Positions 1 through 9,522 of a stretch of 64,000 nt of DNA are shown piece by piece. Source of the stretch: an uncultured Candidatus Saccharibacteria bacterium (GTDB lineage Bacteria > Patescibacteriota > Minisyncoccia > Phycocordibacterales > UBA9973); assembly GCA_964554645.1 (NCBI GenBank), contig CAZKPK010000001.1, forward strand, positions 3,697 through 67,696, written 5' to 3'. A program made the position numbers and the translations under genes. The notes beneath the pieces are model-generated. The model did no database searches. It was given only the letters and a program-made list of their open reading frames with translations, and had not been told where the DNA came from. Numbering within the stretch: position 1 is the first letter of the stretch; every line of letters begins with the position of its first letter.

Positions 1-40
1 AATGCAGTGATGAGTGATGCGATGATTAATGTTTCCATAA

Positions 41-649
41 TTATTTTAGTGCTTCTATTTCTTTGATTAATTTTTCATTTGCCAAAGCCATATTCGGGTC
101 ATCCATTGTAAACCTGATTATTCCTTCTTTATCAATGACAAAATAAGTGTGGCCAGGCAAAGAGCCGCGATGCATAGATGAATTAAGATTGAGCGTATCA
201 TACGCTATAGACACGGAGCGCGCGGTGTCAAAAATAATTTTTGACTTTACTAAGTTGGTCGATTTACTTACGATATCAAGCCACTGACTTTTGGGGTCTG
301 TTACGATTGAGAAGGCTATTATACTTTCAGTGTCAAATCTAGAATCGTTGCCAAGTTCCGCTATCTGATTCCAGCAGGCCGGATAACACATTGACCCTTC
401 GTTAAAGAAAAGAACGACATTTTTACCGAGATAATCGCTTAATTTAACCGTTTCTCCGGTGATTGATTCAAGCTCAAAATCAGGCGCTTTTTGGCCCACT
501 GCTTCTTTGAAGTAAATTTTTTCTTTTATTTCCGGATTAACTGCGCTTTTTGTTTCGGAAGGTTCTTTGCTGCCGGTGAATAAAATTAATCCGCCGACAA
601 TAACTATCACCACTCCGCCGATAAGTATTTTATTGTTTAGTGTTTTCAT
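41..649 (-). CDS. membrane-anchored thioredoxin-fold protein (redoxin/AhpC-TSA superfamily; SCO-like CxxxC..H signature)
   Basis: 202-aa ORF; N-terminal TM helix ILIGGVVIVIVGGLILF; core VVLFFNEGSMCYPACWNQ (CxxxC); distal GHTYFVIDKEG; last gene of minus-strand copA cluster. Confidence 0.75.
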   Translation of the reverse strand: MKTLNNKILIGGVVIVIVGGLILFTGSKEPSETKSAVNPEIKEKIYFKEAVGQKAPDFELESITGETVKLSDYLGKNVVLFFNEGSMCYPACWNQIAELGNDSRFDTESIIAFSIVTDPKSQWLDIVSKSTNLVKSKIIFDTARSVSIAYDTLNLNSSMHRGSLPGHTYFVIDKEGIIRFTMDDPNMALANEKLIKEIEALK

Positions 650-735
650 AATGATTGGTTTAAATTAAAATAGTAAAAAATCTCTTGAGGGGATTTTAAA
701 AGGCACAACCAAAAATTTTACGACAAAATTAAAAG

Positions 736-1140
736 CTATGCCTTGTATGAAAGAGACGGACTATTTATGAAAAGTGAAAGCCGTTTGATTATTTCTGTCG
801 GCAGAGTATATAATTTTTTGTTGTCCAGATAATATTTCCATTTATAAAAATACTGTTTTTGGTTCAAAAAGTTTTGTTTGCCGAAAAAATACAAGGCTAT
901 GCCTAAAAACAAGAATGAAAAGATAAAGAATGAAGAAAAAGTTGCATTAGAAAACTGCTGCCAGTTATTTATATGTTCAAGAGTGTTTTCGCACACAGAA
1001 AAGCCATTTTCCGAGTAGGGGCAATTTACCATCGGTGTTTCGGACATGTGGTTGAATTTAAACAAGCCAAAAACCCCAATGCTTATGTAAGCAAGTAAAA
1101 TAGAAAACCCTAAGAATAATTTTGCATTTCGTAAATTCAT
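736..1140 (-). CDS. hypothetical membrane protein
   Basis: 134-aa ORF with two hydrophobic helices (LFLGFSILLAYISIGVFGLF; FSSFFIFSFLFLGIALYFF); no recognisable motif. Confidence 0.55.
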   Translation of the reverse strand: MNLRNAKLFLGFSILLAYISIGVFGLFKFNHMSETPMVNCPYSENGFSVCENTLEHINNWQQFSNATFSSFFIFSFLFLGIALYFFGKQNFLNQKQYFYKWKYYLDNKKLYTLPTEIIKRLSLFINSPSLSYKA

Positions 1141-1153
1141 GTTTTTAAAAATT

Positions 1154-1540
1154 TCATTTTATTTTAAACCATTCTTTAAGAGATTTAGGCCACCCGATTA
1201 TTAGAAGCAATGCTAAAGGAGCTCCCCAATTAGCCCACCTTTCAACGAAATCCCAAATCGGCATCCCGACAATAGGTCTCAAGAGCGCGGTCCAAAATCC
1301 CCAGAATACCATCCAGAGAAGCGCAAGGCGGATTGGTTTAATCAGAACAAGGATAGCCAATATAATATCTATGATCCCTAAAATAAATAACAATTGAGTT
1401 GCTGTTTCTGCATCAAAAACGCCAAATTGAGTAAACCAACCAATCCAGTCTTTCTTGCCTTGCAAAGCAAACACACCATGACCAATAAATTCACCAGCAA
1501 CCGAGACTCGCAAGACCCATTCAACAAGTTTCGTATTCAT
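1154..1540 (-). CDS. DoxX-like integral membrane protein
   Basis: 128-aa ORF, 4 predicted TM helices, N-terminal VAGEFIGHGVFAL resembles DoxX-like family; weak assignment. Confidence 0.5.
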   Translation of the reverse strand: MNTKLVEWVLRVSVAGEFIGHGVFALQGKKDWIGWFTQFGVFDAETATQLLFILGIIDIILAILVLIKPIRLALLWMVFWGFWTALLRPIVGMPIWDFVERWANWGAPLALLLIIGWPKSLKEWFKIK

Positions 1541-1556
1541 GATTTTATTAAATCAC

Positions 1557-1682
1557 TTACTTATTAATTTGTTTGTAAAGCCAGATGCCGAGCAGAATCA
1601 GGTCTATCACTACGATTGTCATAATGATGATACCCAACCCTCCGCCCATTATCCCGCTATACCCGTATCCATATCCCATCAT
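1557..1682 (-). CDS. possible small Gly/Tyr-rich membrane peptide (41 aa)
   Basis: My translation of the minus strand: MMGYGYGYSGIMGGGLGIIIMTIVVIDLILLGIWLYKQINK; lies between copA and the DoxX-like gene; below the ORF-track cutoff. Confidence 0.3.
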   Translation of the reverse strand: MMGYGYGYSGIMGGGLGIIIMTIVVIDLILLGIWLYKQINK

Positions 1683-1847
1683 ATTGCCATTATATACTAT
1701 TATTTTAAATAAAGCGACCTTTTAAAGTTTCTTTTATTATCATTGTTTTTCTTAATCATACACAATTTTAAATATACGCCATGGCTGATATTGAGACAGT
1801 TTAGATTTTTGTTAATTTGATAAAAGTTTTTAATTAGCTGACAATGT

Positions 1848-4400
1848 TCAATTGTTTTTTAACCGTAATGAATTCAAAACCACGCTGATACTGCTAAAGG
1901 CCATGGCGACAGCGGCAAAAATCGGGTTGAGCAAAATTTTGAAAAATGGATATAGAATTCCGGCGGCGACAGGAATAAAGGCAATATTGTAAAAAAATGC
2001 CCAGAAAAGATTTTGTTTTATTATTCTCATTGTCCGTCTGGAAATTTTTATAACTTCCCAAATAAGCATCAGGTCGCCTCTCATTAAAGTGATATTAGCC
2101 GACTCCATCGCGATATCCGTGCCCTCTCCCATAGCGATGCCGATATTGGCTTGAGTAAGCGCTGGAGCGTCGTTGATACCATCGCCGATCATGGCCACAA
2201 TTTTTCCTTGATTTTGAAGCTCGCGAACTTTTTCTGACTTTTTATCGGGCAGAACTTCGCTCATTACATTGTTTATACCCACTTCCGCCGCAATCGCTCT
2301 GGCAGTGCGGTTGTTATCTCCGGTAATCATCCAGACGTCTATCTTGTTTTTTTGAAGAGCCTGAACCGCTTCTCTGGATTCCTTCTTTAACACATCGGCG
2401 ACAGCTAGTGCGCCCTTTATTTTTTTATCAACGGCAAGAATCATCACCGTTTTCCCTTCATTTTCAAGCTTGGCAATATCGATCTCATAGGGAGAAATGT
2501 CAAGATTAATATCTAAAATCAGGGTCCGGTTTCCCAAATACGCCTCAACTTTTTGAGATTCAATTTGCAAAATTCCCCGTAACCCTTTTCCAGAGATGGC
2601 CTTAAAATTTTCCAATTTATACAATCCAATTTTTTCTTTTATTACTTCATCCAAGATCGCTTGATCAAGAGGGTGGGAAGATTTTTGATCTAAACTTGCG
2701 GCATATTGCAATATGGCTTGCGCTAAAGGATGTTCCGATCGCTGTTCGAGCGAAGCGGCTAAATTAAGGATCTCCGTCCGATGGCCATTATTGAAAGCGA
2801 TAATATCAGTCAACTGTGGTTTCCCTTGAGTCAAAGTTCCAGTTTTATCCAAGATAATTGTATCTATCTTGCCTCCGATTTCGAGCGAAGTGGCGTCTTT
2901 AATCAAAATTCCTCTGGTAGCGGCGTTGCCAGAGGAAACCATAATAGCCATCGGAGTGGCAAGCCCGAGCGCGCAAGGGCAGGCAATTATCAGAACTGCC
3001 ACAAAATTAACAAGCGCAAAAGTGAAAGCGGGATTCGGTCCAAAGAAAAACCAAATAAGGAAAGTTAGAACAGCGACGATAAATACCGCCGGAACGAAAT
3101 AAGAAGAAACCAGATCGGCTAATCGCTGAATCGGCGCTTTAGAGCCTTGAGCCTCTTCCACCATTTTGATGATTTGCGAAAGCATCGTGTTTTTGCCAAT
3201 CTTGGTCGCGCGGAAGGTAAAGGCTCCGAATTTATTTATAGTGCTGCCGATGACCAAACCGCCAACTTTCTTGTGAACCGGCATGGATTCTCCGGTAATC
3301 ATTGATTCATCAATTTCTGATTCTCCTTCGGTTATTTTGCCGTCAACTGGAATTTTTTCTCCGGGTCGAACAACTATCAAATCCCCAACCTGCACTTCGG
3401 ATATCGGTATTTCAACTTCTTTGCCATCCCGCAGAATTTTTGCGGTTTTGGGCTGTAAGCCAATAAGTTTTTTAATAGCTTCGGAAGCCCTTCCTTTCAT
3501 CAAAATCTCAAAATATTTTCCCAAGAGAATTAAAACAATAATGATTGCCGAAGTGTCAAAATAGGTTGCCGGTGTTATTCCGCCCTTGGTGAAAAAAACG
3601 GGAAAGACTGTGACCGCTAGGCTGTAAAAATATGCCGCCAGCGTTCCGATGGCAATCAGGGTATTCATATCAGCCGTGCGGTATTTTATAAGAAGCTTCA
3701 GCCCGCTATAAAACTGAAAACCTACCCAAAACTGCACCGGCGTTGTCAGTAAAAGAAGCGTCCAATTGTTGTTCATAATTTTGGGCACAAAAGAAAACCA
3801 CTCCGGAAAACTGCCCAAAAATATAAAAAGCGAAAGAATGCCACCGATAATAAGTTTGCGTTTCATAATTTTTACCTGTCTTTCTCGCTCGATTTTTTCT
3901 TTATCCAAAATTTCTTCTGCCTCGCCTTCTTCTTTAATTGGCTTGTAGCCGGCGTCAGAAATAACCTTGAAAATTTGATCGATATTTACTAGAGAATAAT
4001 TAAAAATCACTTTGGCCCGCTGGTTTGAAAAATCTACATCAATATTTTTTATGCCCGATAATTTTTTGATAGCTCCCTGCACGACCATGGCGCAATGCGG
4101 AGAATCCATGCCTAAAACTTTTATTGAAATTGTTTTATTATCACCGCTAACAACGAGTTCGTCTTTTTTAGTAGAGCCAACATTAACATTTTTAGAAACT
4201 AAATGATATCCTGCTCCACTTACCGCCTTTTCAAGGCTTGATTCGGAAATAATATTTTCATCAAATTCAATTAAGGCTGATTCCGAAGCAAAATTGACCG
4301 AAGCTGAATGCACTCCGGCTGTCTTAGAAAGCACGCGCTCAATTGTCGCCACGCAACTCGCGCAATGCATTCCTTGAATTTTATATGTTTCCTTTTTCAT
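1848..4400 (-). CDS. copA: copper-translocating P1B-type ATPase
   Basis: 850 aa; two HMA domains (GMHCASC; [10 protein letters not shown]), CPC motif [20 protein letters not shown] phosphorylation site, GDGINDAP hinge. Confidence 0.97.
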   Translation of the reverse strand: MKKETYKIQGMHCASCVATIERVLSKTAGVHSASVNFASESALIEFDENIISESSLEKAVSGAGYHLVSKNVNVGSTKKDELVVSGDNKTISIKVLGMDSPHCAMVVQGAIKKLSGIKNIDVDFSNQRAKVIFNYSLVNIDQIFKVISDAGYKPIKEEGEAEEILDKEKIERERQVKIMKRKLIIGGILSLFIFLGSFPEWFSFVPKIMNNNWTLLLLTTPVQFWVGFQFYSGLKLLIKYRTADMNTLIAIGTLAAYFYSLAVTVFPVFFTKGGITPATYFDTSAIIIVLILLGKYFEILMKGRASEAIKKLIGLQPKTAKILRDGKEVEIPISEVQVGDLIVVRPGEKIPVDGKITEGESEIDESMITGESMPVHKKVGGLVIGSTINKFGAFTFRATKIGKNTMLSQIIKMVEEAQGSKAPIQRLADLVSSYFVPAVFIVAVLTFLIWFFFGPNPAFTFALVNFVAVLIIACPCALGLATPMAIMVSSGNAATRGILIKDATSLEIGGKIDTIILDKTGTLTQGKPQLTDIIAFNNGHRTEILNLAASLEQRSEHPLAQAILQYAASLDQKSSHPLDQAILDEVIKEKIGLYKLENFKAISGKGLRGILQIESQKVEAYLGNRTLILDINLDISPYEIDIAKLENEGKTVMILAVDKKIKGALAVADVLKKESREAVQALQKNKIDVWMITGDNNRTARAIAAEVGINNVMSEVLPDKKSEKVRELQNQGKIVAMIGDGINDAPALTQANIGIAMGEGTDIAMESANITLMRGDLMLIWEVIKISRRTMRIIKQNLFWAFFYNIAFIPVAAGILYPFFKILLNPIFAAVAMAFSSISVVLNSLRLKNN

Positions 4401-4441
4401 TTTATGAGTTTTTGTTTATTTGTATGCATAGTTACAGTTCA

Positions 4442-4469
4442 AGTATATACCCCCTAGGGGTATTGTCAA
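4442..4469 (-). promoter_or_regulatory. copA promoter with CsoR-type inverted-repeat operator in the spacer
   Basis: Minus strand reads TTGACA (4469-4464), 16-nt spacer, TATACT (4447-4442). The spacer is filled by ATACCCC-N3-GGGGTAT (4447-4463). Confidence 0.6.
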
Positions 4470-4601
4470 CAATACCTGTTGAAAACTAAGAATTAACTCG
4501 AGGTAATATGGTATAATAACTTGGTCGGTCATTATAAACTTTTTAATCAAATCTATCCATGATTAAAGGAGATCATTAAGAAATAGTTTACTTGTTCTAA
4601 A

Positions 4602-4632
4602 AAGAGGCAGCATCAGCTGTCTCTTTTGTGTT
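4602..4632 (+). terminator. terminator-like hairpin + U-tract immediately upstream of the ATP-grasp ORF
   Basis: 10-bp stem AAGAGGCAGC/GCTGTCTCTT (one G.U), loop ATCA, followed by TTGTGTT; ends 4 nt before ATG 4636. Confidence 0.4.
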
Positions 4633-4635
4633 ATC

Positions 4636-5853
4636 ATGCTACAAATGAATGAACCATCTGTGAAAAAAAGTTCTTGCTCTTATTGTGGGGATGCTTCCAT
4701 CAATCATACTCTTTCTTTTTTAGAGAGCGTGATTTCAATTACTCTTGATAATCAGGCAAAGAAATTTATAAAATACGTTCCCTTTTTCATAAAAAATTTT
4801 GCTGACTTGGTTCCTGAATTTTTATTTAGAACTCTTGCCTTTTTGAAACTCGCCGAATTCTCGGGAGATATAAATAAAGCGAATACTTTTCGTTCCAGAA
4901 TTATCTGGGAAGAAGCAAAAAGAAGGGGAATAATAATGGAACAGGTGATATTTCTCGATAGGCCCTTAGATTATTATCGCGCAATAATAAAAATTAAAAA
5001 TAAGAAAAAAAATATTTATTTTGAGAGTCTTCCTGTAAAGCCAGAATTTTTAGATCTGAGTAAAAATTGGGATGATAAAGTTATACTCAAGCAGGAATTC
5101 AAGAAGCAGAATATCCCAGTTCCAGCTTATTTTGAGCTCTCTCCTTTTTCACTTTTTGGTTTCAAAAATAAAAATATAGAAAAAATATTTTCCAAATTAC
5201 CTAAGCCCATAGTGGTCAAACCGCGAGTAGGATCTCGTGGCAGGCATACTATCACCAATATTAATACCATCCAACAATTAGAAGAAGGTATTAATGTCGC
5301 CGGGCAAATATGCTCCTATCTTGTTGCTGAAGAGCATTTACAAGGTAGTGTTTGCCGGGCAACTTTTGTGAATGGAGTGCTTGCGGGATTTTATAAAGGC
5401 CACGCTCCAACTCTCTTGGGTGATGGGAAAAGGACGATTCAAGAACTTATTAAGGAAAAAGATAGTAGACGTCATAATCGAGTCGAGCCCATACGTGTTT
5501 CAAAAGAGTTACACGATCATATTTTACGATCAGGATTTACCATTCTTGATATTTTGCCCATTGGAGTTTCTTTATCTCTAACGCATCGCATCGGCCGATT
5601 ATTTGGAGGGAGAACTATAGAAATGATTGATGATCTTCACCCGAGCTTTATCTCTATTTTAGAAGAGGCTGCAAAAATTGTAGGCTTATCTGTGGTAGGA
5701 TTTGATTGCATTATACCTGACACAACCAAAGATGCTCATTCACAGAAGTGGGGGATTATTGAATGTAATTCTTTACCCTTTATAGATTTGCATTATTATG
5801 CCTTAGAGGGCAAACCTAGAAATATTGCCGGCATGATCTGGGACTTGTGGTGA
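4636..5853 (+). CDS. ATP-grasp domain protein (RimK/cyanophycin-synthetase-like)
   Basis: 405 aa; VVKPRVGSRGRHT glycine-rich ATP-grasp loop, AEEHLQG, ECNSLPFIDLH; N-terminal CSYCG; exact start uncertain. Confidence 0.6.
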   Translation: MLQMNEPSVKKSSCSYCGDASINHTLSFLESVISITLDNQAKKFIKYVPFFIKNFADLVPEFLFRTLAFLKLAEFSGDINKANTFRSRIIWEEAKRRGIIMEQVIFLDRPLDYYRAIIKIKNKKKNIYFESLPVKPEFLDLSKNWDDKVILKQEFKKQNIPVPAYFELSPFSLFGFKNKNIEKIFSKLPKPIVVKPRVGSRGRHTITNINTIQQLEEGINVAGQICSYLVAEEHLQGSVCRATFVNGVLAGFYKGHAPTLLGDGKRTIQELIKEKDSRRHNRVEPIRVSKELHDHILRSGFTILDILPIGVSLSLTHRIGRLFGGRTIEMIDDLHPSFISILEEAAKIVGLSVVGFDCIIPDTTKDAHSQKWGIIECNSLPFIDLHYYALEGKPRNIAGMIWDLW

Positions 5854-5901
5854 GTTTGTCGAACCATATGTGGCAATAAATTTTACTAGTGAAATTTTTT
5901 T

Positions 5902-6471
5902 TTAAAAATAATTTTCGCCCTTTTTTGCGCTTTTCATATATTTTCGGATGAATGCAAACAATAGGATAGCTAATATAATCACGCTTACTATGGCTGCATA
6001 ATAATTCAAATATTTCTCTATGACCAGATACATGTTTCCGAAAAATATTCCAATAACGAACCAAACTGCATACTGGACAAGAGAAACCAGCCCGCAGGTT
6101 TTGAAATATCGCCCAAAAGGAATATGCAACGCGCCGGCGGCAACGAGTCCCGTGAATCCAATGCCATACACGAGCTTGGATACGACGATCGCCTGGCTGT
6201 GATTTTCACTGAAATATGCTTTTGCCTTTTCTAATTTTTCTTCGGTGATTTTGAAATAAGGCAGGAATCTTTTTCCGCAGTATCCGATATAGTATTGCGC
6301 AAAATCTCCGACAATGTCTCCTAAAACTATTATCACATAAACTAATAAGGGATTTAAAATGCCAAGCATGATCAAGGGTCCGGAGATTATCATCAAAATC
6401 GGACCCTCGATCAGGGAAAAAGGTATCAAGATCAGGTATTTATATGTCAGTAAAAGTTCAATTAAAGACAT
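5902..6471 (-). CDS. DedA/SNARE-associated (VTT domain) membrane protein
   Basis: 189 aa, multi-TM, LIPFSLIEGPILMIISG and GYCGKRFLPYF typical of DedA family. Confidence 0.7.
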   Translation of the reverse strand: MSLIELLLTYKYLILIPFSLIEGPILMIISGPLIMLGILNPLLVYVIIVLGDIVGDFAQYYIGYCGKRFLPYFKITEEKLEKAKAYFSENHSQAIVVSKLVYGIGFTGLVAAGALHIPFGRYFKTCGLVSLVQYAVWFVIGIFFGNMYLVIEKYLNYYAAIVSVIILAILLFAFIRKYMKSAKKGENYF

Positions 6472-6477
6472 TAACCA

Positions 6478-6486
6478 ATACTATCA
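6478..6486 (-). promoter_or_regulatory. extended -10 (TGaTAGTAT) 6 nt upstream of dedA ATG
   Basis: Minus strand reads TGATAGTAT-tggtta-ATG. Confidence 0.4.
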
Positions 6487-6490
6487 TATT

Positions 6491-7150
6491 CTAATGCGCC
6501 ACGGTGAAAGCGATGATTTTTTTCACGCCAGATTGCTTTAAAATTTTTCGCGCTTCGCTCAAGGTCGCGCCGGTGGTGGTAATGTCGTCTATCAGAATTA
6601 TATTTTTATTCTTCAACAGCTCTCCGTTTTTTATAGCGAAAGAGCCGATGATGTTTTTCAGGCGTTCTGCGCGGTTCTCAATGCGCGCTTGATGTTTTGT
6701 TTCCTGCGGTTTGATTAAAATATTGTTTTCTAATTGCATAGCTATCTTTTCGCGCAAACTATTTATTCTTATCAATTCTCGGCAGATTAATTCCGCTTGA
6801 TTATAGCTGCGCTCTCGCCGTCTTTTCTTAGACAAGGGAATGGGAATTAGGATTGGTTCGCGGAAATTTTCCATTACGCTTAATTCTGAAAGCTCCTCCA
6901 AGATTTTTTCGTAAATAACTTTTGCAAATATGCTTGCCAATCTTTTTTTTCTCTTATACTTGAAGAGCAAGAGCGCTTTTTTAATGGGCGGGTGGCGATA
7001 ATCATATATGGGGAAAATCCATTTTGCGCTTTCGCGCTCCGCCGCCGGTGATTCGGAAAGACATTTAATGCACAAATCCGAACCAGCCTGACCGCACGAG
7101 ATGCATTTTACAGGAAAAACAAGGTCCAAGATGGTGTTTAAAAATCGCAT
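6491..7150 (-). CDS. comFC: ComF family competence protein (phosphoribosyltransferase domain)
   Basis: 219 aa; N-terminal 4-Cys CISCG..CIKC; C-terminal PRT motif IILIDDITTTGATL. Confidence 0.88.
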   Translation of the reverse strand: MRFLNTILDLVFPVKCISCGQAGSDLCIKCLSESPAAERESAKWIFPIYDYRHPPIKKALLLFKYKRKKRLASIFAKVIYEKILEELSELSVMENFREPILIPIPLSKKRRRERSYNQAELICRELIRINSLREKIAMQLENNILIKPQETKHQARIENRAERLKNIIGSFAIKNGELLKNKNIILIDDITTTGATLSEARKILKQSGVKKIIAFTVAH

Positions 7151-7243
7151 CCCATTAGAAATTTTAATAATAATGTTTTATTGTTTATCTTATTCATATT
7201 GGATTTCTAATCGGGACATATTTATGATACAATATTAGCATAA

Positions 7244-8383
7244 ATGGATAATCCGTTTAAAAAAATATTTTCCAGTATAAGAAATCTCACAAAAAGTGGA
7301 GAAGATAGCGCTGTTGGCATTGATATTGGTTCTTCCGCAATCAAGGTGGTTGAGATAAAAAGGAAAAGAGGCAAAGTGGTGCTTGAAACCTATGGAGCAA
7401 TAGCTCTTGGTTCCTATGACGCCCTTGATGTGGGGCGTGTCACCAATCTCTCGGTTGAAAAGATGGCGGAAGCTCTCAAGGAGGTCTTGAAGCAGTCCGG
7501 GATTACCACTACTTCAGGGGCTTTTTCTATTCCCATCCAATCAAGTTTAATTTTTGCCGTTGAACTTCCGGTTCAGGCTAAAGAAAGCGAGATAGCGACA
7601 ATTATTCCCACTGAAGCTCGCAAGTATATTCCGGTGCCAATTACGGAAGTTTCTCTTGATTATTTTATCTTGCCTCAAAAAGAACCTTCTTTTGAAGAGA
7701 TGAATGCAGTTGTTGATAATCCCGACATTCCGCAAAAGCCGACAGATAAAACAAGCGTGCTTGTGGTGGCGACGCAAAATGACGCAATTTCCAAATATCG
7801 TTCCATCGTTTCTCAATGCTCTCTCTCCGCCTCTTTTTTTGAAATTGAAATATTTTCTTCAATCAGGGCGAATTTTGAACACGAACTTTCTCCAGTGCTG
7901 TTGATGGATTTCGGCGCCTCCCGCACGAAACTCTCTTTGGTTGAGTTTGGAATGGTCAAAAGTTACCATACGATAGATAAAGGGGGAGCCGATATAACCG
8001 ACTCTATTTCCAAATCTTTAAGTATTCCTTTCAGTGAGGCGGAAAAAATGAAAAAAGAATTTGGTCTCTTTGAAAATCCGGTGGAAAAAAGTTTGTCGGA
8101 TATCATCAGAATCCATATTGATTATATTTTTTCTGAAGCCAATAATGTGCTGTTGGAGCATGAGAAAAGATACAATAAAACTATAAGCAAAGTGATATTT
8201 ACAGGCGGCGGATCTCTTTTGAAGGGGCTGAAAGAAGTGGCGGCAAATAATTTTCGAGCGGAAATAGAAATCGGCCATCCTTTCAGCAAGGTCAATGCTC
8301 CAGCCTTTTTGGAAAAAGTTTTGGAAACGATGGGTCCCGAATTCGCCGTCGCCTTGGGACTGGCGTTGCGAAAGTTGCAGTAA
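7244..8383 (+). CDS. pilM: type IV pilus assembly protein PilM (actin-like ATPase)
   Basis: 379 aa; GIDIGSSAIKVVEI N-terminal actin-fold motif, FTGGGSLLKGL. Confidence 0.9.
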   Translation: MDNPFKKIFSSIRNLTKSGEDSAVGIDIGSSAIKVVEIKRKRGKVVLETYGAIALGSYDALDVGRVTNLSVEKMAEALKEVLKQSGITTTSGAFSIPIQSSLIFAVELPVQAKESEIATIIPTEARKYIPVPITEVSLDYFILPQKEPSFEEMNAVVDNPDIPQKPTDKTSVLVVATQNDAISKYRSIVSQCSLSASFFEIEIFSSIRANFEHELSPVLLMDFGASRTKLSLVEFGMVKSYHTIDKGGADITDSISKSLSIPFSEAEKMKKEFGLFENPVEKSLSDIIRIHIDYIFSEANNVLLEHEKRYNKTISKVIFTGGGSLLKGLKEVAANNFRAEIEIGHPFSKVNAPAFLEKVLETMGPEFAVALGLALRKLQ

Positions 8384-8389
8384 AAAATT

Positions 8390-8437
8390 ATCCACCCCGT
8401 CCTTTGATTACAAAGTCCACCCCTCAAGAGGGGAATC
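8390..8437 (+). repeat. family A hairpin repeat (unit)
   Basis: ATCCACCCCG-[CCTTTGATTACAAAG]-TCCACCCCTCAAGAGGGGAATC; 47 nt identical to 16013-16059; starts 7 nt after pilM stop. Confidence 0.9.
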
Positions 8438-8444
8438 AGAAAAA

Positions 8445-8945
8445 ATGAAAGAAACTACCCCAAAAAAAGAAAAGTTTAAAGAAGTAATTGTTTCAGATGA
8501 AATTAGAAAATATCTTTCAGAAGCTACATGGCTGAAAGAGGGGGAAGATGTTAGACTCCCGGATTATATAAGACTCAAAACTGAAATAAGAGATATTTTA
8601 GTCCGAGTTGGAATTTGGTCGGATGAATTTTCTAAATGGCTAGATATGAATCTTGACGGTGTAAGTTTGCTGGGCAAACAAATTGAGGCAGTAGGCCAAT
8701 GGATGGAACGCAAAGATAATAAATATAGAAAAGAAAACTTAGAACATTACCGTGCTGGTGCAAAAACAAGCCTAGAATATTTGGAAGGCTGGTCTCCAGC
8801 ATTTGAAAAGTGGCTTCTTGATGGTTTGCCAGGAGATCTGCAAAAAGTTGGTGAAAACATGGATTATATAGGGAGAGTGTCTAGCACTATCGGAGCTATT
8901 AATATGGCAAAAAGATTGCTTAAGAAAAAAAAAGATCAAAAGTAA
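8445..8945 (+). CDS. hypothetical protein (accessory insertion in pil operon)
   Basis: 166 aa from ATG 8445 (MKETTPKKEKF...). The track ORF 8295 start reads through repeat A1 and overlaps pilM, so it is trimmed. Confidence 0.6.
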   Translation: MKETTPKKEKFKEVIVSDEIRKYLSEATWLKEGEDVRLPDYIRLKTEIRDILVRVGIWSDEFSKWLDMNLDGVSLLGKQIEAVGQWMERKDNKYRKENLEHYRAGAKTSLEYLEGWSPAFEKWLLDGLPGDLQKVGENMDYIGRVSSTIGAINMAKRLLKKKKDQK

Positions 8946-9026
8946 ACTATATTTCAACATGAGGAAGCGATATAAACAGAAAAGTAATAATCTAGATTAA
9001 AATAACTATATGCGCAATAGGCAACC

Positions 9027-9112
9027 ATCCACCCCGTCTCGACTAAAGTCGAGTCACCCCTCAAGAGGGGAACGTCCACCCCGACGCAAGCGTCACCCCT
9101 CAAGAGGGGAAT
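9027..9112 (+). repeat. family A repeat, tandem pair
   Basis: Two units: ATCCACCCCG-TCTCGACTAAAGTCGAGT-CACCCCTCAAGAGGGGAA and TCCACCCCG-ACGCAAGCGT-CACCCCTCAAGAGGGGAAT. Confidence 0.9.
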
Positions 9113-9162
9113 GGAATCCAAAATCTCTATATCCATATTGGGAAATTCCTAAAAACAAAATT

Positions 9163-9522
9163 TTGACTGATAGGGCAAAAGATTTAAGAAAGGCGGGTAA
9201 TTTATCTGAAGTTATTTTTTGGCAAACTTTTAAAGATAAAAATAAATTAGGTTTTGATATTGATAGACAAGTTATAATCGGCAATTATATTGTAGATTTT
9301 TTTATTCCCGAACTAGGTTTAGTTTTTGAGATAGACGGTTCAAGTCATGACGATAAGCTTGAATATGATGCTGAACGAGATGCTTTTATGAGAGATTTAA
9401 ATTTAAAAGTGGTTAGAATTCTTGATATTGATGTGAAGAAGAATCTAGGAAGTGTCTATCAATTTGTATTAGAAACAATACATAAAAGAAAAAAGGATGC
9501 ATTTGAATTATTCCCCTCTTGA
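9163..9522 (+). CDS. DUF559 (Vsr-like/PD-(D/E)XK) endonuclease-domain protein
   Basis: LRKAGNLSEVIFWQ..GFDIDRQVIIGNYIVDFFIPELGLVFEIDGSSH matches the DUF559 core. TTG 9163 is my start guess; ORF upstream to 9010 is repeat-encoded. The TGA stop lies inside the right-hand repeat. Confidence 0.75.
   Translation: MTDRAKDLRKAGNLSEVIFWQTFKDKNKLGFDIDRQVIIGNYIVDFFIPELGLVFEIDGSSHDDKLEYDAERDAFMRDLNLKVVRILDIDVKKNLGSVYQFVLETIHKRKKDAFELFPS

Noticed and set aside
2781-4206. Five plus-strand ORFs (60-95 aa) inside the copA region
   Set aside because: They are antisense to a well-supported 850-aa P-type ATPase ORF, have low-complexity translations and no motifs. Shadow ORFs.
8295-8444. N-terminal extension of ORF 8295..8945
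   Set aside because: It overlaps the pilM 3' end and reads straight through repeat A1 (..VHPSRGES..). The ATG at 8445 right after the repeat is the credible start.
9010-9162. N-terminal 51 codons of ORF 9010..9522
   Set aside because: They are encoded almost entirely by two family A units (HPSRGE twice). The DUF559 homology begins near residue 50. The exact start (TTG 9163 is my guess) remains uncertain.
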